From IMG/VR virus record IMGVR_UViG_3300025674_000049, positions 1-56,361 of that record: a stretch of 56,361 bases of DNA; one strand, given 5' to 3'. Below are positions 35,534 to 44,842 of this stretch, one piece after another (position 1 is the stretch's first letter; each line of letters begins with the position of its first letter). Below the pieces are notes generated by a model. The model searched no databases, was not told the DNA's origin, and saw only the letters and a list, made by a program, of their open reading frames with translations. The stretch is from a virus. Taxonomy: Duplodnaviria; Caudoviricetes. The position numbers and the translations under genes are program-made.

Positions 35534-35901
35534 TGCTGCTGCCTCCTTAATGCCTCTTGTACGAAACGCTGAAACTGTGCGGGGGCTTCCTCCAGAGGAA
35601 CTTTCGTCCAAGGGCGCCCGGGGAACCGGAGCCCAGAAGTAGAGACTCCGCCCTCGTGGACTTGCGCGGCATACTCCACAGGCCAGGTGAACGTAATCGA
35701 GCCATCTGGATTGATGACGCGCGTCTGGCTGGCGCGGAGGCGGCCGGTGTCAACGATGTCCCGCACTTGTGGCGGGGTGGGGTAGTCCCACTTGGCGGCG
35801 GAAATCTCATCCGTGAAGCGGGTATCGAGCCAGCTAGCGAGCTGCTGCGTTGCCTGGGCAGCGGCAGCGCGAAGCTGGTTGTTGAGCGGACGCTTAGCCA
35901 T
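35530..35901 (-). CDS. Neck/tail completion protein (HK97 gp10-like)
   Basis: IVDTGRLRAS..VEYAAQVHEG..PGRPW motif. Confidence 0.75.
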   Translation of the reverse strand: MAKRPLNNQLRAAAAQATQQLASWLDTRFTDEISAAKWDYPTPPQVRDIVDTGRLRASQTRVINPDGSITFTWPVEYAAQVHEGGVSTSGLRFPGRPWTKVPLEEAPAQFQRFVQEALRRQQQ

Positions 35902-36298
35902 TGTTCGGACCTCCGATTACACGAAATGTGCCTTGAATGGATTGCCGAATGTCCTGATAAGCAGCGTTATCCATATTGAGCTCAAAAACGAGCTCAAAAC
36001 GGCCGTGATAGCCGTTAATGACGGCTTCAGCTTGACTGCCATTGGTAATCCGCGTGTCTAAACGCGCAGGACTTAATAACCGACCACTGCAGTTGTAACT
36101 AGAGTTGTCAGCACCTGACTGCCCATTCCAAGAAGGAGCTTGAAGGTTTAGAGATGCCAGGTATTCGACAGTCTCAGACGTTTGAATCGTGTTTCCGGTA
36201 GCTGGATCCACGCTGATCTGAGTCCCACCGACCTCGAAAGCCAGCTGAGCATTCCCCCAAGGGGCGTAGTTGGCGATAGTGGTGGCGGAAATAGCCAT
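35894..36298 (-). CDS. Putative head closure protein
   Basis: Synteny between adaptor and neck genes; beta-rich. Confidence 0.55.
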   Translation of the reverse strand: MAISATTIANYAPWGNAQLAFEVGGTQISVDPATGNTIQTSETVEYLASLNLQAPSWNGQSGADNSSYNCSGRLLSPARLDTRITNGSQAEAVINGYHGRFELVFELNMDNAAYQDIRQSIQGTFRVIGGPNNG

Positions 36299-36300
36299 GG

Positions 36301-36609
36301 CTACAGCGCGAAGCCAGCTAAAGGCAATGTGTCTTTCAGCCGTTCATACTCCTGTCCATAAAGACTGGCGTTGAAACCGGTGCCTAAAGGTTGCCCTGAT
36401 TGACTGCCGACCTGAAGGCCGACTTGCATCACTCGGGTGGAGAGACTATGGGCCGCCAGATAGCTGACAGCCTCGGTGTGGACTTCACCCCATTGCGTTT
36501 CTGGGGTGGCACGCCCCGCCTCTGCGATCGCTCCCTCGACAATGGCGAGAGTGAGCTCCCCGAACTCGGGGAACCGAGTCAGAAAATCGCTTGAGGTGGG
36601 GACAGCCAT
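36301..36609 (-). CDS. Head-tail adaptor (DUF4054-like)
   Basis: F..RFPEF..A..YLAAH.L..S.YGQEY..L motif. Confidence 0.8.
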   Translation of the reverse strand: MAVPTSSDFLTRFPEFGELTLAIVEGAIAEAGRATPETQWGEVHTEAVSYLAAHSLSTRVMQVGLQVGSQSGQPLGTGFNASLYGQEYERLKDTLPLAGFAL

Positions 36610-37022
36610 CAGCCCTTACCTTCCGAAATGGCCGCAACGCGCTTGTTAATCGCGTTGAGGACGCGGATGCGTTGCTCACCTCCCTCCCAGCGGCGGAGCT
36701 GGGTAACGTCGAAGCTGTCCTCCACAAGACTCATGGCCTGAGTTACAGGCATGTCGGCAAGGGAGTCAGTTTCAGCTGTGGAAGCTGCAGCTACCACAGC
36801 TGTTTCCTCGTCCTCGATGCGGAGTGCACCGAGTTTGAGCAGGGACTTGACGTAATCGTAGTTCTTGATTTTCTCCCAAATGGCTTCGGGGAAATCACGA
36901 TTGACTCCAGACGTGACCTTGATGTTTGATGGCTGCCCCCTTTCTTCAATGAAAGAGAAGCCAATCGTGCACTCTTTGTCCATCGGAGGACTTTCGAGTT
37001 CAGGTCGATAAACGAGAATCAT
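36609..37022 (-). CDS. Hypothetical head-associated protein
   Basis: ATG 37022 (MILVYRPE); C-terminal E.R..VL.AI..R motif; follows the major capsid gene. Confidence 0.65.
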   Translation of the reverse strand: MILVYRPELESPPMDKECTIGFSFIEERGQPSNIKVTSGVNRDFPEAIWEKIKNYDYVKSLLKLGALRIEDEETAVVAAASTAETDSLADMPVTQAMSLVEDSFDVTQLRRWEGGEQRIRVLNAINKRVAAISEGKG

Positions 37023-37073
37023 TACTACAGAGGTGAAAGAGCCAAAAAGCAAGCATCAGCTTACTGACCTTTA

Positions 37074-37991
37074 TCAGGCCTTTTCGAGCACAAGCGTGCT
37101 CTTAGGGTAGTAGAGGGACATGCCACCGATGCGGGCGTGGGCTGCCACGGTGAACTCAAGCTCCTGCCGCGCAGGGGGGAAGAACTCGAGAGGCTGCGGA
37201 ATGTGCAGCTGCAGCTTGTCAGGGCTGCGGTCGTAACAGATAATCCTGTCTTTCGACAGGAAACCACCGGACTTGGAAGCCTCGAGCTCGTTGATGGGCT
37301 CAATAGCGGTGATCATCGGGTTTGTACGCAGGAAGAACTCCATCACCGTGGTGTCGGAGGTGGTGCTGCGTGGGGTTGTAGAGATGACGCGATACACGTC
37401 GTAGGGCACCAACATCGTGTTGGGCATCTCCTTCATGTTGCTGTTCTGCACAAGACGAGTAGGAGTCTCGTTGAGCAGCTGCAGCATCTCATCGGTGGTG
37501 ATGTCAGCAGTGTCGAACCAATGGTCCGGCACAAGCTTGTCCACCTGATCGTTGTTGAAGAAGCCCTTCATGCCTGAAGGAGCCTCGCCGAAATAGGCGA
37601 TCTCTTGAACTTTCTCCTCGTAAGCACGCCGCACAGCGTTGGCGCGGCGTTGCTCGAGGTTCATGCCCGGCACCATGGCGGCGGCGCGGGTTTCCTGCAC
37701 GGTGTAGGCGAAAGAGCCACCGAGGGAGCGGATCGGGTGCGTGACCTCCTTACGGAGCACGTCTGCCCGAGGCAGATCCTTGGCTTTGTCGCCAATCACC
37801 TTCATCGAGCCTTGCTTGTCGAAGACGCGATAGGTGTAGGAATCAGCGCCATTGCCCACCTCGGATGAGACGGGGATGATCGCGCTGTATTTGATGTCGG
37901 CGTACTCAACCTCGAAGGTGCGAGCCAGGATGGTTTCCAGTTCGCGGGCGAGAAAGAGACCGACCTCGTCATTACGTATTTCTGAGGTCAT
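37074..37991 (-). CDS. Major capsid protein (DUF2184 / encapsulin-like HK97 fold)
   Basis: FLARELE.I, DLPR.D, YTVQE.RAA, A.RRAYEE..IAYFG, P..MLVP, GG...YYP pattern. Confidence 0.9.
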   Translation of the reverse strand: MTSEIRNDEVGLFLARELETILARTFEVEYADIKYSAIIPVSSEVGNGADSYTYRVFDKQGSMKVIGDKAKDLPRADVLRKEVTHPIRSLGGSFAYTVQETRAAAMVPGMNLEQRRANAVRRAYEEKVQEIAYFGEAPSGMKGFFNNDQVDKLVPDHWFDTADITTDEMLQLLNETPTRLVQNSNMKEMPNTMLVPYDVYRVISTTPRSTTSDTTVMEFFLRTNPMITAIEPINELEASKSGGFLSKDRIICYDRSPDKLQLHIPQPLEFFPPARQELEFTVAAHARIGGMSLYYPKSTLVLEKA

Positions 37992-38007
37992 TGGAGGGGC
38001 TCCGTGA

Positions 38008-38628
38008 TCAAGTGTCGGCGGTGAAAGTTACCCCGGGGATGTCAATCTCCAGGAGTACCAGACCTGCGCCACTGGTTTCAGATAGCCAACGAGCTCCGCC
38101 AGTGAGAGCGAAGGTCTTGGCGGCTACAGCAGTGGTTGCAAAGCGGCCCACATAAGCACCCGATACAGTGCTGTTGTGGTCTACGCCGTAGAAGCGCACT
38201 GCATCACCGAGGGCGATAGCTTCGGTGGCGTACACCCAGACAACACCTTTGGAAAGGACGTTGACGGTCTGGGTGTCGGGGTAGCCGATACGGGAGGAAC
38301 CATCAGCGATGATGTTGGTGGGGTTCGGGGTGTAAGAGGAAGAACCGCTCACGCCCTCGAAGGTCATGCCGTCAATGGCAAGGCCCACAACGCCGGTGCC
38401 GCTGGTGGCCAGGGCGACCGCGAACGGATCGTTCGAGGTGGGGGTGTTGTCGGTGGCAACCAGGGAGCCGAAAGGAATAGCGGCACCAGACTGGTTGTAG
38501 TAGCTGCGGGACACATAAGCCTGCAGATCAGCAATCATGCCTTCGTGACCAGCGGTCAACTCGAGCGGATAGCTGCCTTGAGCACCAGAAGGACTGGTGA
38601 CAGTGGTAGGGGTGAAAGTTACGGCCAT
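38008..38628 (-). CDS. Head decoration/cement protein
   Basis: G.IAD..S..N..AIPFG..V..VNVL..G.VWV pattern; between protease and capsid genes. Confidence 0.75.
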   Translation of the reverse strand: MAVTFTPTTVTSPSGAQGSYPLELTAGHEGMIADLQAYVSRSYYNQSGAAIPFGSLVATDNTPTSNDPFAVALATSGTGVVGLAIDGMTFEGVSGSSSYTPNPTNIIADGSSRIGYPDTQTVNVLSKGVVWVYATEAIALGDAVRFYGVDHNSTVSGAYVGRFATTAVAAKTFALTGGARWLSETSGAGLVLLEIDIPGVTFTADT

Positions 38629-38640
38629 TGAAGGGACTCC

Positions 38641-39906
38641 TTACTTGGTGGCGGTGAGGGGACGTTTCCAAGCCTCAGCCTGCTTGGCCTGGTAGGCAGA
38701 AACAGGGCTGGTGGCACCGCGACCGGCACCTTTCAGTGCGTCACGAAGAGCGTTGGTGCTGTCTTCGCGGTCAGCGGAGTCCTGATTGATGGTTTCGCTC
38801 TCGGAGTCCTCTTCCTCCTCGTCGACTTCCTCTTCAGAATCAACGCGAGCAGCGAGGATGCCTTCGACCACACCTTGGATGTAGGCGGGCTCGGCGTCTT
38901 CGCGAGGTGCGGAACCGGTCAGGTTCTCGTAAGCCTGGGTGTAGAGCGTGGCGTCGTCGATGCCGTCGAACTTGAAGTCCTCGGCAAAAGCAGGTGCCAA
39001 ATGCTGCAGGGTATCCAGGCGCTGCGCGACGAGCTGGTCGAGCTCGGCGGTATCGATGCGCGGGGTGTCGGAAGACTCGAGCTCTTCTTCAAGAGCGTCG
39101 GCACGACCTTCGGCGGCTTCTTTTTCGAGGGCCAGGGAATCGAAGTCGGCCTGCAGAGAATCAAGCTTGTTGGAAAGCTCATCTCGCTCGGTGGCGAGAG
39201 CCTCCAGCTGGCGCCCCATGTCCCGGGAGTAGGACTGGACCGCACTAGCTGTTTCTGCGGGCAAATCGATCTCCAGGCCGTCGAGTTTGACGGTTGCCAT
39301 AACGGGAGATGCAGTTGAACTGGACTGGGGCGCCATTTCTTGCTCGGCCGGGCTGGCTACAGCATCGGCTGCATCCATACGATCAAGCAAGAGTCGAACC
39401 TCCGGGCCAGCCCGGCCGCGGGGGACGATGGCGATGTGGTTCACACGGATGTTGCGCTGAACGCCGGCGTACTCTTCGCCCTCGGGAGTAACTCCGGGGG
39501 TTGGGTCGAAATCGACCTTGTAACCGGCGGATACCTCGCTGGCATCATTTCTCTTGATCTTTTCGATTGCATCGTCGTCTGTGACAACGAGCGCAACTTC
39601 TACAAAACCATCGTTGTACCTAACTTGACTACCGGAATAGCCAGTTTGGAACTTCTTAGTGTTTAGAGAATCGAGAAGAACAGGAGGGTGACCCCACGTT
39701 ACGGGTTTCATCCCGAACGTAGATAAAGAATCCGGGTTACTGACCTCTTCAGGAGGTCGGTACTCGCGGACCTGGGAACCATCAGCACGACGATATAGCT
39801 GCGTGCCTGCACGGGCGGCGCGGCACCACACTCGGAGATAACCCTCCGATGTGGTCTCGCTTCCCGTTATGGGCGCAAAATCATATCGGGTTACTGATGT
39901 TTCCAT
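38641..39906 (-). CDS. Prohead protease/scaffold (DUF2213)
   Basis: EGYL..ARAG.Q.Y, RPPEEV..SL.TF..PVT.GHP, EVSAGY, QRNIRVNHIAIVPRGRAG; acidic coiled-coil scaffold C-terminus. Confidence 0.9.
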   Translation of the reverse strand: METSVTRYDFAPITGSETTSEGYLRVWCRAARAGTQLYRRADGSQVREYRPPEEVSNPDSLSTFGMKPVTWGHPPVLLDSLNTKKFQTGYSGSQVRYNDGFVEVALVVTDDDAIEKIKRNDASEVSAGYKVDFDPTPGVTPEGEEYAGVQRNIRVNHIAIVPRGRAGPEVRLLLDRMDAADAVASPAEQEMAPQSSSTASPVMATVKLDGLEIDLPAETASAVQSYSRDMGRQLEALATERDELSNKLDSLQADFDSLALEKEAAEGRADALEEELESSDTPRIDTAELDQLVAQRLDTLQHLAPAFAEDFKFDGIDDATLYTQAYENLTGSAPREDAEPAYIQGVVEGILAARVDSEEEVDEEEEDSESETINQDSADREDSTNALRDALKGAGRGATSPVSAYQAKQAEAWKRPLTATK

Positions 39907-39968
39907 GCGTTAAATCTTACCTGTTACTGTCAAATTTGGTAGCTTTATACGAAGAACGGCTATCGCAG

Positions 39969-40184
39969 TTGGCAATTCACAGGCAGTTGACGCTGTGCCG
40001 GCGCATCCGAGCGCTGCGGGAATATAATAAGTTCACGCAGGCGGAAATTGCAGAAAGACTGGGTGTTAGTCAGGCTGCGTATTCGCGGTTGGAAAAGGGG
40101 GAGATAGAGATTTCGATTATGAAGCTAATAGCATTGAGTGAAATTTACGATATTAGGTTGCAGGAGTTGGTTAAAGGTATCTAG
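39969..40184 (+). CDS. XRE-family HTH regulator
   Basis: RIRALRE..FTQAEIAERLGVSQAAYSRLEKGE; TTG start at 39969 likely. Confidence 0.85.
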   Translation: MAIHRQLTLCRRIRALREYNKFTQAEIAERLGVSQAAYSRLEKGEIEISIMKLIALSEIYDIRLQELVKGI

Positions 40185-40383
40185 CTAGAGCTTGGATGGC
40201 GGTGTGTCGGAGCCGGTGAAAGCACCAAGCGGTCGGTCAATGGGGATTCCAGCTTGTGCCCCCGTGCCTAGCCACTGCAACTTCCGTGCTTAAGGCTGCA
40301 CCGACCAGGGACTGCATATGTCATGTAGTCACCGCTTCTTACGATTAGGTAGGATCAGGTCCATGATTCCCAAACAAGAGTCG

Positions 40384-40791
40384 TCACTCACCTCCGGGGA
40401 AAGGACGGTCGTATGCCGTAATTTCAGCAGGCCGTGAAGCAGCAAGTAGTTCCATGCTCACTAACAACGCAAGACCATCAGCAACACGTTGATCGTCAAG
40501 TGCAACTTTCTCAGCTGCTGTTAGTTCATCAAGTAATGCTTTGACTGCATTAGCTGCTGCGTTCTGCGCTTCAGAAGCTGCAAGAACATCTGCATATTCA
40601 GCTGGTGTGAATCGAGCAAAGAATCCTGCACTGGTAACAACACCGTAGCTGTTGGCATCGGCAAAGCGATGACCTTCTGTGGTTAGGAGTCGTTCAGCGT
40701 AGGCTTCTGGTGACATGCCAGCAGAATTGGCGGCAAAAATCAACCCGTCAATAGCGCGGGTGTTGGTCAGTGTGACAGAAAGCGTATTCAT
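40384..40791 (-). CDS. Hypothetical virion-associated protein
   Basis: ATG 40791; F.ARFT.AEY..V.LDD.RV..GL..LV..LL pattern typical of fibre-adjacent genes. Confidence 0.65.
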   Translation of the reverse strand: MNTLSVTLTNTRAIDGLIFAANSAGMSPEAYAERLLTTEGHRFADANSYGVVTSAGFFARFTPAEYADVLAASEAQNAAANAVKALLDELTAAEKVALDDQRVADGLALLVSMELLAASRPAEITAYDRPFPGGE

Positions 40792-40826
40792 GGCTAAATC
40801 GGAAGAGGAATTTGAAGAGGATGTCA

Positions 40827-42056
40827 TCAGCCGATCCTCCAGTCAGTGCCGTCCGAATAGACAGGCGTAAAATTGCTGCCTCCACCTGCTACAACATCAC
40901 CGTGATGACTGGCCAGTGTATTCGTGGCGTCAGTCACAAAGGCTTTAGTGCCTGCACCAACAGTTGCGGCTGCAGTTAATGCACCAACAGTTGTAGGGAT
41001 AAGTTTTAGATAGCCAGTGCCAGCGGAACCGTCGGTTACTTTGACGACACCTGCGGAGTCACGGGCTAAACCAGTGTCGGGAGTACCGTTTGCTCCGGTA
41101 GTTGACGAAAACGAGTACGCGTAAGCAGACCCGACCGCAAAACCATCGCCCGCCAGCGCACGGGATCCAGCAGCTGTTGTTGATGCAAAATAGGTAGTGC
41201 AGTCTGCAAAAATTTGAGAAACACTGCCATCTATAGTTAGACCGTTGGTGCCACCTAGTGTTACTCGATCTGTTCCACCTGTTTGAATTGTCAGACCACG
41301 CGCAGTACCGGTACCATCATTTTCAGTGCCGATTTTGAAAACATTAGTATCCCACTTCAGGAATCCACGCTCGTAATTACTGGCGTCGGTGTAGGTGTTT
41401 ACAACGTAAAACTTGCCTGGCCCACCAGCCCTATCATCTAGCTGAAGGGTTCCAGCATCAATTGCCTTTAATTGAACATCAGCAGCAAAGCCCACTGACT
41501 GAAATGTAATTTTATTTGTCGTATACTCAATGGCTTTACCCCCGTCTAAAATGCATGATCCTAAAACGCCAACGCCTTGTGGCCAAGATAGCTCACCGTT
41601 CTCATTACATGAAAGTACAGTTCGATTGTAAAGCGTGGCGACAAGACTGAAGCTCCTAAAACTTATGCTGCTGGCTGCTGCCGTAGGCAATGCTATTTCA
41701 TTGTTAGAGGAAATGAATTTAAATTTACTCGTCCCACCAACCTGCAAATCCAGCAGGTTGCTATCGGCAGCACTTGCAGTATCAGTTACATTTAGCTTTA
41801 GCCCAGTGAATGTTGTGGCTGCATTATTCCATGTCTGACTAAGATTGATGATTGGCGCATCTGTCGTAACGGTTTTGCCGCCAACGGTTAAGGCGCCTGC
41901 AGTGTCGTTATAAGCTAGACCGCTGTCGCCAGCGAAGCTGCCGCCGTCATTAAATTGAACCTGGGTGTCCGCACCACCAGGAGTGGCAGCGCCGCCGCCT
42001 GCTCCTACCTCAACAAGATCGAGGTTTCCAGTGAACGGGTTGAACTTGAAGGCCAT
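40827..42056 (-). CDS. Virion fibre/structural protein
   Basis: MAFKFNPFTG.LD, PGG.DTQVQFND.G.FAG, NTYTDASNYERG, DTGLARDSAGVV, PVYSDGT.W modules. Confidence 0.75.
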   Translation of the reverse strand: MAFKFNPFTGNLDLVEVGAGGGAATPGGADTQVQFNDGGSFAGDSGLAYNDTAGALTVGGKTVTTDAPIINLSQTWNNAATTFTGLKLNVTDTASAADSNLLDLQVGGTSKFKFISSNNEIALPTAAASSISFRSFSLVATLYNRTVLSCNENGELSWPQGVGVLGSCILDGGKAIEYTTNKITFQSVGFAADVQLKAIDAGTLQLDDRAGGPGKFYVVNTYTDASNYERGFLKWDTNVFKIGTENDGTGTARGLTIQTGGTDRVTLGGTNGLTIDGSVSQIFADCTTYFASTTAAGSRALAGDGFAVGSAYAYSFSSTTGANGTPDTGLARDSAGVVKVTDGSAGTGYLKLIPTTVGALTAAATVGAGTKAFVTDATNTLASHHGDVVAGGGSNFTPVYSDGTDWRIG

Positions 42057-42059
42057 GAC

Positions 42060-42281
42060 TCAGCTCTTGGTGACGGAAGTCAGGTTGTTACCGCCGTCGT
42101 AGCCGAGGGTCAGTGTTGCGACGGTGGTGCCGCCGCTGCCACCGGACTTGTACACCACACCGGTGAGGTTGCTGCCGGTGTAGCTCATATCGATATAGTC
42201 GTGCACCGGTATATCGAGACCGGCCAGGGAAGCTGGGTAAATGACCTCGTAGCGGTCACCGTCTACAACACGCTGGCCCAT
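42060..42281 (-). CDS. Small structural protein
   Basis: GL.IP.HDYI..SY..NLT.V.YK.GG.GT.VATLTL.YD..NL..V.K pattern. Confidence 0.7.
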   Translation of the reverse strand: MGQRVVDGDRYEVIYPASLAGLDIPVHDYIDMSYTGSNLTGVVYKSGGSGGTTVATLTLGYDGGNNLTSVTKS

Positions 42282-42302
42282 GGGTACGAGGGGTTGTTTT
42301 CC

Positions 42303-43043
42303 TCAGACTACCCAAATCAGAGGGGTGTGCCGAAAGGCCGAGAACTTTCCCGGCGTCAGGCCGTCGCGGCGGGAGACTTTGCCGCTACAGCGCCACTTCG
42401 CTCTCGAGAGGCAGAGCGGGGTGTTGCGGTCCTTTCCTGAGCAGTCCTTACCGTGGGACTTCATGTCGCCAAAGCTGCGGGCGCAGTAGCGGTCGCCTTT
42501 GTCAGTGCCTGGGGCGATCTTGTACCCCTTGGCGCCGTAACGGACAATGCGAGTGCGGCCGGTCTTGGGGTTGCGGACCTTTTTGCTGTACTTTTTGCCG
42601 TCCTCGGTATCGAAACCAGCTGCCCAGGTGTCGGTTTTGGAGCTCACCATCACCGGAGCGCCGCTGCGCTCCTTGCGGGGATCCTCGCGCCGCTTGCGGG
42701 ACACCAGGCGGCGGCGTTCGGCGGGGGAAAGCGACATGGCCTTGGCGGCCGGTAGGCATTTAGGCTTACCTTCACCCTTGGAGCGGTCACCGCAAGGGCC
42801 CAGGATCCGGCCGCTGCTGCTCATGCGGACCCATTTCTCTTTGAACCACTTGTCCAAGCCGTCATTGCGGAACTTGCCACCGCGCTTTTTGTACTCGCGC
42901 ACCATCCAGGCGTTGGCGTACGCACTCGGGTAAATCTTGAATTTGCGCTTGGCGGCGGCTTTGACTTCTGCGTGCAGTTCTTTGTTGACGAAGCCAGTCT
43001 TACCCGGCGCGTCTTGACGCAAAGAAGCAGGAGTCAAAGTCAT
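42303..43043 (-). CDS. Basic multi-module head-associated protein
   Basis: Three small basic modules (K..AK.KF..YPSAYAN; L.KWFKE.WV..CG..PKC.P; V.YG..G..YCAR..W) separated by RxD/KxD sites. Confidence 0.7.
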   Translation of the reverse strand: MTLTPASLRQDAPGKTGFVNKELHAEVKAAAKRKFKIYPSAYANAWMVREYKKRGGKFRNDGLDKWFKEKWVRMSSSGRILGPCGDRSKGEGKPKCLPAAKAMSLSPAERRRLVSRKRREDPRKERSGAPVMVSSKTDTWAAGFDTEDGKKYSKKVRNPKTGRTRIVRYGAKGYKIAPGTDKGDRYCARSFGDMKSHGKDCSGKDRNTPLCLSRAKWRCSGKVSRRDGLTPGKFSAFRHTPLIWVV

Positions 43044-43045
43044 GG

Positions 43046-43927
43046 TCAGATGGCGAGAGCGTCGGGTTCGGGGGCAAAACCGGCGGCGTACATGGAGTCA
43101 CGCTTACGGGTTTCTAGCGAGCTTGCTACAACTGCTCCAGCAGCTAAAGCACCACCAAGAACACGAGCTCCTGTTTGCAGTCGGCGATTAAACAGTTCGC
43201 GGCGAGCTAATGAACTTAAAGCTTGGTTTTGTGGGTCTTTACTGTTTTTATTTCCTTTAATAGCAGTTTTTAGAGCGCTGCTTTTTACTCTTGTTAAAAT
43301 TTGTTTTGTGGTTCTTCTCGTCTGTGTGCCACGTGTTTGCAACAGCAAAGCTGTTTGCTTTTTAGAAGTTTTAAGCGGTTGACCTGTTCTTGCAGCTTTA
43401 GCAATTAAATTACGCTCCATCTGACGGATTTCTTTGTTTGTAGGCTTCTTCGGCTTTACTTTGATAGCGGGCCCTTTAGTGCACTTCTCACCCTCAGAAA
43501 TAGCGCCTTTACCGCACTTCAAGTCGTTGCGGGCTTCAGCAGCGTCCAACCGAGCTCGGGTGTAGGTCGCGCTGCGGTCTTGGATACCCAGCTCACAAGC
43601 GGTCAGGTACTCCTGCGGAGTGAGCGAATCGCTGCGCTTACGCATAGATCCGCAGCTGCCATCGCACTTGCGGCCTTTCTTCTTACCGCAGCCGCACTCG
43701 GCATCCATGGGCTTCTTGCCGTACATGCCGCCATCCATGGGCTTCTTCATGCCGTAACCGTCGGCCGCCGGCTTGCGTCGTTTACGGGAGTGGCCAGGCA
43801 TCATGCCCATGTCCATCTCCTCTTCCTCAGCAGGTTTACTACCGCGGGAGCGCTTGGCCATCGCCGTGCCCTCGCGGATGCCCTTCTCGTAGGCTTCTGA
43901 CTTAGCGCGGCGGGCGGTGGCAGGCAT
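43046..43927 (-). CDS. Basic head-associated protein with a CG-x3-I-x5-C module
   Basis: ATG 43927 (MPATARR); RSD, RLD, RND and KRD sites; hydrophobic GGALAAGAVV segment. Confidence 0.7.
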   Translation of the reverse strand: MPATARRAKSEAYEKGIREGTAMAKRSRGSKPAEEEEMDMGMMPGHSRKRRKPAADGYGMKKPMDGGMYGKKPMDAECGCGKKKGRKCDGSCGSMRKRSDSLTPQEYLTACELGIQDRSATYTRARLDAAEARNDLKCGKGAISEGEKCTKGPAIKVKPKKPTNKEIRQMERNLIAKAARTGQPLKTSKKQTALLLQTRGTQTRRTTKQILTRVKSSALKTAIKGNKNSKDPQNQALSSLARRELFNRRLQTGARVLGGALAAGAVVASSLETRKRDSMYAAGFAPEPDALAI

Positions 43928-43972
43928 GATAATGGGCCTGGAGTGTGCTTCTCCCAGAATAGCCAATTTGTG

Positions 43973-44842
43973 CTACTGCGTATCAAAGGGTTGCGGGGCT
44001 ACCTGTTCAAATACTGCTGCTCTGTTGAGATCAGCGGGGCCTACAGTTGCCACTTTCGACACTTCTTCACGGTGGCGTCGAGGTAATGCGGCGTAGGTGT
44101 CATCAATTGCTGCGATCTCGGGATCCCAGGGAGCTAGGTAACACCGACACCTCGGATGGCAAGGAGCTTGTGCATTAACACGCTTATAAATGCGCCCAGC
44201 GCGGGCGTTACAGATAGGACAGGTCCGATCATCGCTAGTGGCATACCACATCACTAGATCAATGCCGTTAGCTGCGTAGTACTGATTGCTGGCGTTGTTG
44301 TAAGCACGAAGTGACTCTGTGCGTGCAATAACATCCGCTCGGGATTTGACCACACCAAGGCGGAGGCGCAAATCATTCGTAATGACATCAGTGGGGCGAC
44401 CTTCCGCTACACCCTGAGCAACAAGCTCAGTAGCAGTCTCAGCAAAGGTTTCGCCGTGCCGGCGTAGGTAGCCCTTTGACTGTGCGGCAGCGGCAACCGT
44501 CGCCTCGATAGGAATAGAAACGCCAATGCGCCGGCGTGAAGGTGTGAGCTCTCGCATCGAGTCGCGCGCCACCCCAATTCCCTTTTGTTGAGAACTGCGA
44601 AGCAGCCCACGTAGGACTCGGTCGTAGGCATCTGTGCGCTGTGGGTTGAACGCAGGTACAAGTTGGCGGAACTCTTGCAGGAGAGCCATGTTTCGGTCAG
44701 CAGCTGGCTTACCACTGCGAATCTGGATACGGGTACGACGGATTAAACGATTGAAGCTGTTGTCGAGAATTCGATTGAGCTGCAAAATTGTTACGTCCTC
44801 AGAGAGGCGGAGGGCTTTGTTGTAGCGCTCAAAGAGTTGCAT
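43973..44842 (-). CDS. Head morphogenesis protein (MuF / SPP1 gp7)
   Basis: RA..IARTE..RAYN, W.AT.DDRTC..C, P.HPRCRC motif. Confidence 0.9.
   Translation of the reverse strand: MQLFERYNKALRLSEDVTILQLNRILDNSFNRLIRRTRIQIRSGKPAADRNMALLQEFRQLVPAFNPQRTDAYDRVLRGLLRSSQQKGIGVARDSMRELTPSRRRIGVSIPIEATVAAAAQSKGYLRRHGETFAETATELVAQGVAEGRPTDVITNDLRLRLGVVKSRADVIARTESLRAYNNASNQYYAANGIDLVMWYATSDDRTCPICNARAGRIYKRVNAQAPCHPRCRCYLAPWDPEIAAIDDTYAALPRRHREEVSKVATVGPADLNRAAVFEQVAPQPFDTQ

Noticed and set aside
42256-42351. In-frame G-GGA-AAG slippery site near the end of the 246-aa gene, and possible read-through into 42060..42281
   Set aside because: The -1 frame stops after about 30 codons without joining another gene; the downstream gene has its own ATG; no read-through signal evident.
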